From assembly GCA_963797095.1 (NCBI GenBank), contig CAWCNY010000001.1:1-64000 (forward strand): 64,000 nt of DNA, read 5' to 3'. A program made the position numbers and the translations under genes. Under the pieces are notes generated by a model, which worked only from the letters and a program-made list of their open reading frames with translations, searched no databases and was not told where the DNA came from. The DNA is from an uncultured Chloroflexia bacterium. GTDB lineage: Bacteria; Chloroflexota; Chloroflexia; QHBQ01; JADMIH01. Below, piece by piece: positions 1-9,652 of this stretch (position 1 is the stretch's first letter; the number at the start of each line of letters is the position of its first letter).

Positions 1-8
1 GCGCACCT

Positions 9-905
9 GTGAGCGCGCTGCTTGCGTTCGCGGCGATACTGCTGGGGGCGGCCACGTTCTTTTCGAGCAGGCTGACCCGGCCATTGACCAGGTTGACGAG
101 GGCGGCGCGGACGATGGCGGAGGGGGACCTGAGCGTGAGGGTGGGGAATTCGCCTGTGAGAGAGATTGATGACCTGGCCGGAGCGTTCAATAGTATGGCG
201 TCGTCGCTGTCGGATGCGGACAGGCAGCGCAGGCAGATGACAGCGGATGTGGCACATGAGTTGCGCACTCCGCTGTCGATTATCAGGGGGAGGTTGGAGG
301 GGATACAGGATGGGGTATATAGCGCTACACCCGCCGAGATCGCCACGCTGCTGAATGAGACTGCGTTATTGGAGAGGTTGATCGAGGATTTGCGGGTGCT
401 GGCCCTGGCGGAGGCGGGGCAGTTGCCCTTGCACATGGAGGGGTTCGCGCCGGATGCGCTTTTGAGGAGCGTGGCGCAGTCGTTCGCGCAGCAGGCGAAG
501 GGACGGGGGGTGGAGTTGCGGGTAGGTGAAATGGGGGTGCTGCCTGAGGTGGTGGCGGACCCGCAGAGGATCGCGCAGGTGCTGGGGAACCTGGTGGCGA
601 ATTCGCTCAGGCACACTCCCGGTGGGGGGAGTGTGACGTTGAGGGCGTGGCAGGAGAGGCGAGAGGGGGGGCAGATGGTGTGTATGTCGGTGAGCGATAC
701 AGGGAGCGGGATCGCGCCGCAGGACCTGCCGCACATCTTCGACAGGTTCTACCGGGCCGACGCTGCCAGGACGCGGGCGAGCGGTGGGGCGGGGTTGGGG
801 CTGGCAATCGCCAAGAGGATGATCGAGGCGCACAACGGGGTTATTTGGGCGGAGAGCAGCCCAGGGCAGGGGACTACTGTGGCTTTTTGTTTGCCTGTCC
901 AATAG
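9..905 (+). CDS. Sensor histidine kinase (HAMP-HisKA-HATPase, BaeS-like), probably 5'-truncated by the window edge
   Basis: H-box VAHELRTPL, N-box NLVANSLRH, G1 DTGSGI, G2 GAGLGLAI; preceded by a TM helix and HAMP. Confidence 0.92.
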   Translation: MSALLAFAAILLGAATFFSSRLTRPLTRLTRAARTMAEGDLSVRVGNSPVREIDDLAGAFNSMASSLSDADRQRRQMTADVAHELRTPLSIIRGRLEGIQDGVYSATPAEIATLLNETALLERLIEDLRVLALAEAGQLPLHMEGFAPDALLRSVAQSFAQQAKGRGVELRVGEMGVLPEVVADPQRIAQVLGNLVANSLRHTPGGGSVTLRAWQERREGGQMVCMSVSDTGSGIAPQDLPHIFDRFYRADAARTRASGGAGLGLAIAKRMIEAHNGVIWAESSPGQGTTVAFCLPVQ

Positions 906-1149
906 CTGCGGAGTGGGACACTTTGTACTCACCGAAGACCCCATCCCAACCCCTCCCCAAAGTTTTTGCTCTTTTTAGAAGTAGATTGCACGCATGCGAA
1001 GCTGCATCTAAAATTCGGGTGTTTCATATTTAGAACCAGGTCATAAGCTTACGAGTTTGCATCTAAAATTCGGGATGTCTAATGTCTGGGGTGTGGCTGT
1101 ATAATGGGTGTGGGATGGAGAGCATATTTTCTTGTGCAGAGGGGGCGCA

Positions 1150-2034
1150 ATGACCACACCCGACCTCAAGCCGTATACGGTTGCTATAGCTCAGATCAGT
1201 GTGAAGCTTGGCGACCTGGAGTCTAACCTTAAGAAACATCTGGATTATATTGAGCAGGCGCGAGACGCGGGGGCCGCGCTTCTTATTTTCCCTGAGTTGA
1301 GCCTGACGGGGTACTATTTGCAGGATATCACCAACCAGATCGGGATGTCGGTGTCGAAGCCGCGTGGGCCTTTGCGCGCGCTGATTGAGAGGTCGAAAGA
1401 GTACGACATGGACATCTGCGTGGGGTTCGTGGAGGAGAGCGACCGCTTTGTGCACTATATCGCGCAGGCGTACATCGGGCAGGGGGAGATCAAGCACGTA
1501 CACAGGAAGGTGTATCTGCCGACTTATGGGATGTTCGATGATATGCGGTACGTGGGGATGGGGCGTAATGTGCGGGCGTTCGATACGCGGTTCGGGCGGA
1601 TGGGGATATTGATCTGCGAGGATTTCTGGCACCTGGCGCTGCCCTATTTGCTGTGGCTGGACGGGGCCGATACGCTGCTGATGGTGGCGGCGGGACCGGG
1701 GCGCGGGGTGAAGCCGGGGGATGATTACCTGGATACGACGTTTGATGTGATTACCACGCACAGGATATATGCGGAGTTGTTTACTACGTTCGTGTACCAC
1801 TGCAACCGGGTGGGATACGAGGATGGGGTGGCGTTCGGGGGATATAGCACGGTGATCGCGCCGGATGGCGATTTTCTGGCGAGAGGGGAGCATTTCGAGG
1901 AGTGCCTGGTGACGGCTACGGTGAACCCGGAGTCGGTGCGGTTCAAGAGGAGGAGTTTGCCTCTGTTGCGGGACGAGAAGCCGGAGCTGGTGCTGAGAGA
2001 GTTGCAGAGGATTGTGGGGGAGAGGTATGGGTGA
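1150..2034 (+). CDS. Carbon-nitrogen hydrolase (nitrilase superfamily), probable stand-alone glutaminase partner of NadE
   Basis: E-K-C triad motifs FPELSLTGY, HRKVYLP, ICEDFW; lies upstream of nadE. Confidence 0.85.
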   Translation: MTTPDLKPYTVAIAQISVKLGDLESNLKKHLDYIEQARDAGAALLIFPELSLTGYYLQDITNQIGMSVSKPRGPLRALIERSKEYDMDICVGFVEESDRFVHYIAQAYIGQGEIKHVHRKVYLPTYGMFDDMRYVGMGRNVRAFDTRFGRMGILICEDFWHLALPYLLWLDGADTLLMVAAGPGRGVKPGDDYLDTTFDVITTHRIYAELFTTFVYHCNRVGYEDGVAFGGYSTVIAPDGDFLARGEHFEECLVTATVNPESVRFKRRSLPLLRDEKPELVLRELQRIVGERYG

Positions 2035-2139
2035 GTGGGGAGTGGGGAGTGCTTACTGCTTACTGATTTGTGGGTGGTTGGTTGTTGGTGGGATTTGTGA
2101 GGACCTGGGGCTGCGCATATATGTGATTGTGAATGGAGA

Positions 2140-2679
2140 TTGAGCTACATGGAAACGCGACTTAGTAAAGAGGAGTTGATGAGCGGGATCGAGACGGGTT
2201 GGAGGAAGTTGAACGATACTCTGGGGAGGCTGACGCCTGAGCAGATGACCGACATTCGGAATGCGGAAGGGTGGGCTGTGAAGGACCACCTGGTGCATAT
2301 AGCGGCGTGGGAGCGGTCGGTGGCCTCGTATATGCGGGGCGGAACGAGATATGAGGGACTGGGGGTTGACGAGCAGGTGTGGGATAGCGGCGAGGATGAC
2401 ATCATAAACGCGGCTGTTCAGCAGAATTGGAAGGATGCATCGCTGGACGAAGCATTGGCGGAGTTCCGCGACGCGCACAGTGACCTGATGGGGCTGGTCG
2501 GGCCGATGAGCGATGAAGAACTTTACAGGGCCTACAGCGACTTCCAACCTGAGGGAGAGGGGGAGCGAGACGAGCGGCCCATTATCGATATGATCTATGT
2601 CAATACATCGAGGCACTATAAGGAGCATCAGGAGTGGATTGAGAGTCTGGTTGGTAGTCGGGGGACGAGTGACGAGTGA
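2140..2679 (+). CDS. DinB/ClbS-DfsB-like four-helix bundle protein
   Basis: GWAVKDHLVHIAAWE and NTSRHYKEH motifs. Confidence 0.75.
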   Translation: MSYMETRLSKEELMSGIETGWRKLNDTLGRLTPEQMTDIRNAEGWAVKDHLVHIAAWERSVASYMRGGTRYEGLGVDEQVWDSGEDDIINAAVQQNWKDASLDEALAEFRDAHSDLMGLVGPMSDEELYRAYSDFQPEGEGERDERPIIDMIYVNTSRHYKEHQEWIESLVGSRGTSDE

Positions 2680-2691
2680 CGAGTGACGAGT
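2664..2691. repeat. Heptamer tandem repeat (GACGAGT)x4
   Basis: Read directly; same unit at 54449-54504 (reverse) and ~56897-56917. Confidence 0.9.
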
Positions 2692-2749
2692 GTTCCTAGT
2701 TCGTCGTTTCCGACTACCGACTACCGCTACTATTCTAACAGGGGGATTG

Positions 2750-3619
2750 ATGGACGGTAAGAAGCAGGTACCCAAGCTGGCTGAGCCTCGGAATGTCACC
2801 GATAGGCTGGCTATCCACCCGGAGTTGACCAAGAGGCTGCTGGTGGAGTTTATCCGGAACGAGACGCAGAAGTTCGGGTTCAAGCGGGTGGTGCTTGGGC
2901 TGTCTGGGGGTATCAATTCGGCGCTGTCGGCCACGCTGGCGGCGGAGGCGTTGGGGCCGGAGAACGTGGTGGCGCTGATGTTGCCTTATAGGACGAGCAG
3001 CCCTGAGAGCGAGGGTCACGCGCGGCTGCTGATCGAGCAGCTGGGGCTTCCATACGATAAGATCGATGTTACGCCTATGGCGCAGCCTTTGATCGACAAG
3101 TATCCTGATATCAGCGACCTGCGGCGGGGGAATATCCTGGCGAGGATGAGGATGATCTGTGTGTTCGACAGGTCGGCAGCGGAGAAGGCGCTGGTGCTTG
3201 GCACTTCCAACAAGACCGAGACTTTGCTGGGGTATACGACATGGTACGGCGATAACGCGGCATCGATCCAGCCGATAGGGGATCTGTACAAGACGCAGGT
3301 ACGGGCGCTATCGCGAGCAATCGGGGTGCCGCAGCCGATCATCGACAAGAAGCCGAGCGCGGACCTTTGGCCTGGACAGACGGACGAGTCGGAGATGGGG
3401 CTTGAGTACGATGTGGTGGACCAGGTGCTTTATCTGCTGGTGGACGAGAGGCTGGACCCTGACAGGATCGTGGCGAGGGGGTTCAGCAAGACGCTGGTGG
3501 ACAAGGTGATAAAGACGGTAATGAATATGCAGTTTAAGAGGATGACGGCGGTGATCGCTAAAGTGGGGTCAAGGACGCCTGGGATCGATTTCCGATATCC
3601 GAGGGATTGGGGACATTAG
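2750..3619 (+). CDS. nadE: NAD+ synthetase (synthetase domain only)
   Basis: GLSGGINS PP-loop, GNILARMRM, GTSNKTE, GYTTWYGD, DLYKTQV, KKPSADLWPGQTDE. Confidence 0.93.
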   Translation: MDGKKQVPKLAEPRNVTDRLAIHPELTKRLLVEFIRNETQKFGFKRVVLGLSGGINSALSATLAAEALGPENVVALMLPYRTSSPESEGHARLLIEQLGLPYDKIDVTPMAQPLIDKYPDISDLRRGNILARMRMICVFDRSAAEKALVLGTSNKTETLLGYTTWYGDNAASIQPIGDLYKTQVRALSRAIGVPQPIIDKKPSADLWPGQTDESEMGLEYDVVDQVLYLLVDERLDPDRIVARGFSKTLVDKVIKTVMNMQFKRMTAVIAKVGSRTPGIDFRYPRDWGH

Positions 3620-3688
3620 GGATTTTGGATTTTGGATCTTGGATTTTGGATTTTGGATTTTGGATTTTGGATTGCGGATCTTGGATTT
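3620..3688. repeat. Heptamer tandem repeat (GGATTTT)n, about 10 units with variants
   Basis: Read directly after the nadE stop codon. Confidence 0.9.
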
Positions 3689-3748
3689 ATCGGTGCGGAA
3701 GCGTGGAGATGGAGTCTGGTAGAGGGTTTTGGAGAGTGGAGGAGTGGT

Positions 3749-4324
3749 ATGGCACTTACTAAGCTGACGGTTGAGGATTTTGTTGAGCAGTTGGCTTCGG
3801 CCAGCCCCACGCCGGGTGGGGGGAGCGCTAGCGCACTGGCGGGGGCTATCGCGGCGGCGCTGGTGGAGATGGCTTGCAACCTTACGGTGGGGCGAGAGAA
3901 GTTCCGGGATGTGCAGGAGGAGATGCAGATCGTGCTGGGGAGGGCAAAGGAGTTGCGCGAGCAGCTGCTGGCGGCTGTGGAGGAGGATACGGACGCCTAC
4001 GACAAGGTGAGCCAGGCGTACAAGCTGCCGAAGATGACGGAGGAGGAGAAGAACGCGCGGTCGGCGGCTATACAGGAGGCGTTGAGGTACGCAACGGAGG
4101 TGCCGTTGAAGGCGGCGAAGGCGGCGATGGAGGTCGCGCAACTGGCGTTGATAGCGCTGGAGAAGAGCAACCCCAATGTGGCTTCGGACGCGCGAGTGGC
4201 GCGAGTGCTGGCGGATGCGGCGCGAGAGGGGGCTACCGCGAACGTGGAGATCAACCTGGGGAGCATCACCGATGGGGGATTCGCGGCAAAGATGAGGGAG
4301 GAGCTTGAGAGCTTGCACGGGTAA
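3749..4324 (+). CDS. Cyclodeaminase/cyclohydrolase family protein (FTCD C-terminal domain)
   Basis: LASASPTPGGGSASAL, D..AYDKV..AYKLPK, NPNVASDA, NVEINLGSI. Confidence 0.88.
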   Translation: MALTKLTVEDFVEQLASASPTPGGGSASALAGAIAAALVEMACNLTVGREKFRDVQEEMQIVLGRAKELREQLLAAVEEDTDAYDKVSQAYKLPKMTEEEKNARSAAIQEALRYATEVPLKAAKAAMEVAQLALIALEKSNPNVASDARVARVLADAAREGATANVEINLGSITDGGFAAKMREELESLHG

Positions 4325-4328
4325 GATA

Positions 4329-4640
4329 ATGCCCGACTACACCACTGTAGAAAGCAAGCTGAACGACATAGAGGCCGAGATGAAGCGCATCGGCTACTGG
4401 CGTGAAGAGCCTCTACCCCCTGAGATGTACAACTTCACCCAGGCGTTCGCTATGGATACCATGCCCTACTCCTACTGGCTACAGTTCATCTTCGTCCCTC
4501 GCGTCAGAAGCATCATCGCCGAGCGCGGCCAGTTCCCCAGCCGGAGCATGGTTGGCGCGCAAGCTATCCGAGAGTTCGATGGCGTGGACGAGGCCGCCGA
4601 CCTGGTCACCATGCTATGCGAGTTCGACGCGCTCTTTTGA
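4329..4640 (+). CDS. YqcC (DUF446) family protein
   Basis: AFAMDTM..WLQFIFVPR...FPSRS signature. Confidence 0.8.
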   Translation: MPDYTTVESKLNDIEAEMKRIGYWREEPLPPEMYNFTQAFAMDTMPYSYWLQFIFVPRVRSIIAERGQFPSRSMVGAQAIREFDGVDEAADLVTMLCEFDALF

Positions 4641-4668
4641 GGGCTGATTACCCGGGGATATAGGAAGC

Positions 4669-5946
4669 ATGCCAGAGACACCCATGCCGGAAGATCCCGG
4701 CAAGAGACTACCCGCCCTGTGGCGTAACCGCGATTACATGCTCCTCTGGAGCGGGCAGGTGATCTCCACGCTGGGCACCAGCATGTCGGGGATCGTCTTC
4801 CCCCTCCTGATCCTGGCGCTCACCGCCTCTCCTTTCGCCGCAGGGGTGGCGGGCGCGCTCACCTTCGTGCCCTACGTGCTGCTCAGCCTCCCGGCTGGCG
4901 CTCTTATCGACAGGTGGGACCGCAAGCGCGTAATGATCATCTGCGATGCCGTGCGGGCGCTCGCCTTTTTCAGCATACCTGTCGCCTTCGCCTTTGGCTG
5001 GCTGACGGTGTGGCAGCTATATGTTGTTGCGCTGGTGGAGGGCACCGGCTATGTCTTCTTCAACATCGCCGAGGTGGCTGCCCTACCCCGCGTCGTACCA
5101 AAGGAGCAACTGCCCGACGCCACAGCCCAGAACATGGCAACCTTCTCCATTGCCTCCCTGGTTGGGCCGGGGCTTGGCGGGTTCCTCTACAAGACCGTCG
5201 GGCAGACCATACCCTTCCTGGTCGATGCCGTCTCCTACGCCGTGTCGGCGGTGTCCCTCTCCTTTGTGCGAGTCGGGTTCCAGACCTCACGCTCGAATTC
5301 CGCCCCGCGCAACCTGAGGCTAGAGATCAAGGAAGGGTTGCGTTGGCTCCTGGGTAACAGCCTGATCCGCACCGCAGCCCTCCTCACGGGTGGGATCAAC
5401 GGTCTCTCCTCTATCTTGTTCCTTGCTGTTATCCTGCTGGCGCAACAGTTGCAGGCGGACGAGGCCGCCATAGGTCTCATATTCAGTATCGGGGCTGTGG
5501 GTGGGATCATCGGCTCTGCCCTGGCGGGCAGGCTCCAGCGCAAGCTAAGCTACGGGCAGGTGACCATAGGCTCGATCTGGCTGCTGGCTGTGATCATGCC
5601 CCTGATTGCGTTCGCGCCCAACATAATCATAGTGGGCGTGCTGATCGCCATCGCCGAGACCGTCGTCCCCATCTACAGTGTGGTCCAGATAAGCTATCGC
5701 TTACCCCTCATCCCCGATAAGCTACAGGGGCGCGTCAACAGCGTGTTTCGCCTGCTGGCCTTCGGCTTCCAGCCTCTGGGATCGGCGCTTGGCGGTGTGT
5801 TGCTTGAGTTTATGAGTCCGGTAGCTACCGTGCTGGTGGTGTCGGTTGGCTTCGTGGCCCTGGCTGTTGTTGCCAACCTCAACAGGGAGGTACGCAACGC
5901 CCCACGCATCCCTGCCCAGAACGACTCGCTGGAACAGGCAGCGTGA
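4669..5946 (+). CDS. MFS transporter
   Basis: About 12 TM segments, GALIDRWDRKRVM motif A, LQGRVNS. Confidence 0.92.
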   Translation: MPETPMPEDPGKRLPALWRNRDYMLLWSGQVISTLGTSMSGIVFPLLILALTASPFAAGVAGALTFVPYVLLSLPAGALIDRWDRKRVMIICDAVRALAFFSIPVAFAFGWLTVWQLYVVALVEGTGYVFFNIAEVAALPRVVPKEQLPDATAQNMATFSIASLVGPGLGGFLYKTVGQTIPFLVDAVSYAVSAVSLSFVRVGFQTSRSNSAPRNLRLEIKEGLRWLLGNSLIRTAALLTGGINGLSSILFLAVILLAQQLQADEAAIGLIFSIGAVGGIIGSALAGRLQRKLSYGQVTIGSIWLLAVIMPLIAFAPNIIIVGVLIAIAETVVPIYSVVQISYRLPLIPDKLQGRVNSVFRLLAFGFQPLGSALGGVLLEFMSPVATVLVVSVGFVALAVVANLNREVRNAPRIPAQNDSLEQAA

Positions 5947-6015
5947 GAAGCCGAGCACAGAGGCCATAGCCAGGTTATAACGGAGAGCTTAAAATAGGTA
6001 GAATGTGAGGGATCG

Positions 6016-6543
6016 ATGGAGCACAATGTCAAAGTAGTCGTAAATGGGCAAACCTACGCCCGCTCGGTAGAGCCGCGCACCCTCCTGAGCGATTTCATTC
6101 GCCATGACCTGGGACTGACAGGCACCCATGTCGGCTGCGAGCATGGCGTGTGCGGGGCCTGCACCATCCTCCTAGACGGCGTGCCAGTTCGCTCATGCCT
6201 CACCTTCGCGGTGCAGACCGACGGCCGCGAGATAATGACCGTCGAAAGCCTCTCCGGCGACCCGTCCGACCTCCACTCCCTCCAGCAAAGCTTCTGGGAG
6301 GCCCACGGCCTCCAATGCGGCTTCTGCACCCCCGGCTTCCTGATGACCATCCTCCCCTTCCTCGATGAGAACCCCGACCCCTCCGAGCAGGAGATACGCG
6401 AGGCCATTTCGGGCAACATCTGTCGCTGCACAGGCTATCAGAACATCGTGGACGCGGTCAAACTGGCAGCCGCCAAGCGCCGCGCAAAGATCGTAACTGC
6501 CGCAGATGAACAGGATGAGCCGGAGGAAGGGGGGGTACTATGA
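6016..6543 (+). CDS. (2Fe-2S)-binding subunit of a xanthine dehydrogenase/CoxS-like molybdoenzyme
   Basis: GCEHGVCGAC, QCGFCTPG, CRCTGY. Confidence 0.93.
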   Translation: MEHNVKVVVNGQTYARSVEPRTLLSDFIRHDLGLTGTHVGCEHGVCGACTILLDGVPVRSCLTFAVQTDGREIMTVESLSGDPSDLHSLQQSFWEAHGLQCGFCTPGFLMTILPFLDENPDPSEQEIREAISGNICRCTGYQNIVDAVKLAAAKRRAKIVTAADEQDEPEEGGVL

Positions 6544-9005
6544 GCAACCACTCCCAGGCCACGGAGGGCGAGGGCAACACAATCCGCACCGGAGAGACGC
6601 GCACATTCGGCGCGCGCATCAAACGCAACGAAGACCCACGTTTGCTCACCGGGCAGGCCCAGTTCGTGGACGATATCGACATCCCCGGCGCATTGCACGC
6701 AGCCTTCAAGCGCAGCGACTACGCCCACGCCCGCCTCCTCAATGTAGACGTTGCAGAAGCCCGCGCCATGCCCGGCGTAATCGCCCTCTATGTGGCCGAT
6801 GACCTGGGCGACTACTGGCAGCCTTCGCCCCTGCTCGTCCCGCCTCCACCCGCCCAGCACGTCGAGTTCAACCAGCGCACCGCTGGACAACTCGCCCGCG
6901 ACAAAGTGCGCTACGTAGGCGAGCCTATCGCCCTGGTGATCGCCGCGAGTCGCTACCAGGCCGAGGATGCCGCCGATGCCATCGTGGTCGACTACGATCC
7001 CCTCGATGCGGTAGTTGACCCCGCCGCCGGTCTGGAGGAAGGCGCCCCCCTCATACACGAAGATCTCGGCTCAAACCTTGCTGCCCACGTAATTCAGACC
7101 AAGGGCGATTGGGAGACCGCCCGCCGGCAAGCCGACCTGATCATCAAGCGCCACTTCGATTACGACCGTGGGAGCGCCGCCCCTATGGAAACGCGCGGCA
7201 TAGTCGCCCAGTGGGATCGAAACGCCCGCCACCTCACCGTGTGGGACTCCACCCAGGCCCCCATCGTGATCCGCAACATGCTTGCGGGCATGCTCGACCT
7301 CTCCCAAAGGCAGGTGCACGTGATCGCGCCCTACATCGGCGGCGGCTTTGGCCCCAAGATCATGATGCCTTATCCCGAAGAAGCCCTGGTGCCCTGGGTG
7401 GCGATCAAGCTGGGCAGGCCCATCAAGTGGATCGAGGACCGCCACGAAAACTTCCTCGCCATGACCCAGGAGCGCGGCCAATCCCACAACTCCGAGCTTG
7501 CCCTCACCGGTGATGGTAAGATCCTCGGAGTGCGCGATATCTTCCTCCACGACAACGGCGCATACGACCCCTACGGCCTTACAGTCCCTCTCAACACTCA
7601 GACCCATCTCCTTGGCCCCTACATAATCCCCCACTACTACGCCGAGTTCAAAGCGGTCTTCACCAACAAGATCATCGTCACCCCCTACAGAGGCGCGGGC
7701 CGCCAGCACGGCGTGTTCGTGATCGAGCGCCTGCTCGACATAGCCGCCCGCCAGCTTGGCCTCGACCCCATAGAGATCCGCCGCCGCAATCTGATCCCCC
7801 CGGATGCCTTTCCCTGGAACAACGAGGTGATCGGCCAGGATTTCACCCATCTAACCTACGATAGCGGCAACTACGAGCCGGTCCTCGATGCTGCCAAAAA
7901 GATGATAGGCTGGGACATTTTTGTCGCGACAAAAAACGAAGGACGCACGATGGACGACACCCAACCAAAACAACCGTCCACCAAGCAACCTTCGTCATCA
8001 GTCCTTCGTCCTTCGTCCACACGCCAGGGTATCGGCCTCGTAATGTACGTCGAAGGCACGGGTATCGGTCCCTACGAGGGCGCGCGCGTGCAGGTCGAGC
8101 CTACGGGCAAAGTGACCGTGGTCACGGGCGTGGGCACTCAGGGCCAGGGCCACTACACCAGCTTCGCCCAGGTGGCCGCCGAGCAATTAGGCATCGGCGT
8201 AGAAGATGTATATGTCTCTACGGGCGACAGCGGCCAGTTCAACTGGGGCACCGGCACATTCGCCAGCCGGGGCGCCGTGGTGGCCGGGTCTGCCGTCCAC
8301 TCGGCCGCCGTCATGGTGGCCGACAAGGCCAAGAAGCTGGCAGCCGACGAATTGGAGGCCGCCCCCGAAGATATCGAGCTTGTGAATGGCTACGCCCAGG
8401 TGCGCGGCGTGCCCGGTGCGCGCATTGCCCTCAAAGAGCTTGCCGACAAAGCCAACCCCCTGCGCGGGGCGGTCCAGCCCGGCACCGAGCCTGGTCTAGA
8501 GGCCACCGCCTACTTCGGCCCGCCCATGCAGGCTACCGCCGTTGGCGCGCATGCCGCTATGGTGGAGGTTGATACCGAAACCTTCGACGTGCGGGTGAAG
8601 AAATACGTGGTTGTGCACGACTGCGGCCGCGTGATCAACCCCATGATCCTCGAAGGGCAGGTGCACGGTGGCGTGGCGCAGGGGATCGGCAATGCCTTCT
8701 ACGAAAAGCTGGAATTCGATGAGACGGGCCAGCTTCTCAACGCCTCTTTCATGGACTATCTCCTCCCCACCGCCAACGACGTGCCCCGCATAGAAGTCGG
8801 CCACGAGGAAACCCCCTCCCCGCTAAACCCCATCGGCGTCAAAGGCGCGGGCGAGGCAGGGGCCATCCCGGTGGGCGCTCTCTACGCCCAGGCCATCGAG
8901 AACGCGCTGGGCATCGACGGCTTCGAAGTGCTGGAAATACCCCTGAGCCCCGCCAAGCTGTGGGCGCTGGTCCAAGAGACGTCCTTTGCTGATACTGGCA
9001 CCTGA
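6540..9005 (+). CDS. Molybdopterin-binding large subunit, xanthine dehydrogenase family (form II CoxL-like)
   Basis: GGGFGPK, active-site loop PYRGAGR, QGQGH, GTFASR, GQVHGG, KGAGEAG; overlaps the coxS-like stop. Confidence 0.9.
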   Translation: MSNHSQATEGEGNTIRTGETRTFGARIKRNEDPRLLTGQAQFVDDIDIPGALHAAFKRSDYAHARLLNVDVAEARAMPGVIALYVADDLGDYWQPSPLLVPPPPAQHVEFNQRTAGQLARDKVRYVGEPIALVIAASRYQAEDAADAIVVDYDPLDAVVDPAAGLEEGAPLIHEDLGSNLAAHVIQTKGDWETARRQADLIIKRHFDYDRGSAAPMETRGIVAQWDRNARHLTVWDSTQAPIVIRNMLAGMLDLSQRQVHVIAPYIGGGFGPKIMMPYPEEALVPWVAIKLGRPIKWIEDRHENFLAMTQERGQSHNSELALTGDGKILGVRDIFLHDNGAYDPYGLTVPLNTQTHLLGPYIIPHYYAEFKAVFTNKIIVTPYRGAGRQHGVFVIERLLDIAARQLGLDPIEIRRRNLIPPDAFPWNNEVIGQDFTHLTYDSGNYEPVLDAAKKMIGWDIFVATKNEGRTMDDTQPKQPSTKQPSSSVLRPSSTRQGIGLVMYVEGTGIGPYEGARVQVEPTGKVTVVTGVGTQGQGHYTSFAQVAAEQLGIGVEDVYVSTGDSGQFNWGTGTFASRGAVVAGSAVHSAAVMVADKAKKLAADELEAAPEDIELVNGYAQVRGVPGARIALKELADKANPLRGAVQPGTEPGLEATAYFGPPMQATAVGAHAAMVEVDTETFDVRVKKYVVVHDCGRVINPMILEGQVHGGVAQGIGNAFYEKLEFDETGQLLNASFMDYLLPTANDVPRIEVGHEETPSPLNPIGVKGAGEAGAIPVGALYAQAIENALGIDGFEVLEIPLSPAKLWALVQETSFADTGT

Positions 9006-9089
9006 TACGGCCAGGCAGATACAAGAGTCATGAGCGAAGCGCCCAGCGTGGGCGCTGTCATCTGGCTCGCGTCAGAGGGGAATTGCGCA

Positions 9090-9548
9090 ATGATGCTCAA
9101 GAATGGCCCTGAAGCAGTCTTTCAATTGGAGATCGCGGGCTACGAATTTCCCGAAGCCCAAACAGGCTACGACTCCAACTGGCTCATGATCCGTATGACC
9201 GCCGCCATGCCTCAGGGCACGTGGACCGTCACCGACCCCTCCCTTCTCACCTACGAAGTCGAAGAACTGGCCGCATGGCTTGACGCCGTTGCGGCCAACC
9301 GCGAAACGGGAACCGCGCTGCGTTTCACCGAGCCTAACCTATCCTTCCGCACAATCGCACGAGAGGATGGCACGCGAGCCTTGCGCGTATCCTTCGCCGC
9401 CGAGTGCAGGCCGCCCTGGGCGCGACCGGCATCATCGGGCGCAAGAGACGCCTATATCGAGTTCCCCAAGGAGCTTCTCGACCTGCCCGCCGCAGCCGCA
9501 TCACTGCGAGCGCAACTGGCGCAGTATCCCCCGCGTGCCGCTCTCTAA
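9090..9548 (+). CDS. Hypothetical protein resembling the WapI-like family
   Basis: GYEFP..DSNWL..DPSLLTYE..FTEPNLSF pattern; family recalled from memory. Confidence 0.55.
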   Translation: MMLKNGPEAVFQLEIAGYEFPEAQTGYDSNWLMIRMTAAMPQGTWTVTDPSLLTYEVEELAAWLDAVAANRETGTALRFTEPNLSFRTIAREDGTRALRVSFAAECRPPWARPASSGARDAYIEFPKELLDLPAAAASLRAQLAQYPPRAAL

Positions 9549-9652
9549 AACCCATTCACCGGCATAACCCCCGCACGAGTATCCACAAAAGGGGATACGA
9601 GGCCCATCCTGCTCAGTATATTCTTAGGGTATACTTATAATACGCGCAACGG

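Noticed and set aside
3632-3748. N-terminal extension 'MDLGFWILDFGFW' of the cyclodeaminase gene
   Set aside because: It is the translation of the GGATTTT tandem repeat; the real start is probably ATG 3749 with a GGAGG RBS
6540-9005. True aerobic CO dehydrogenase (form I)
   Set aside because: Active-site loop is PYRGAGR, not AYxCSFR; no cox accessory genes
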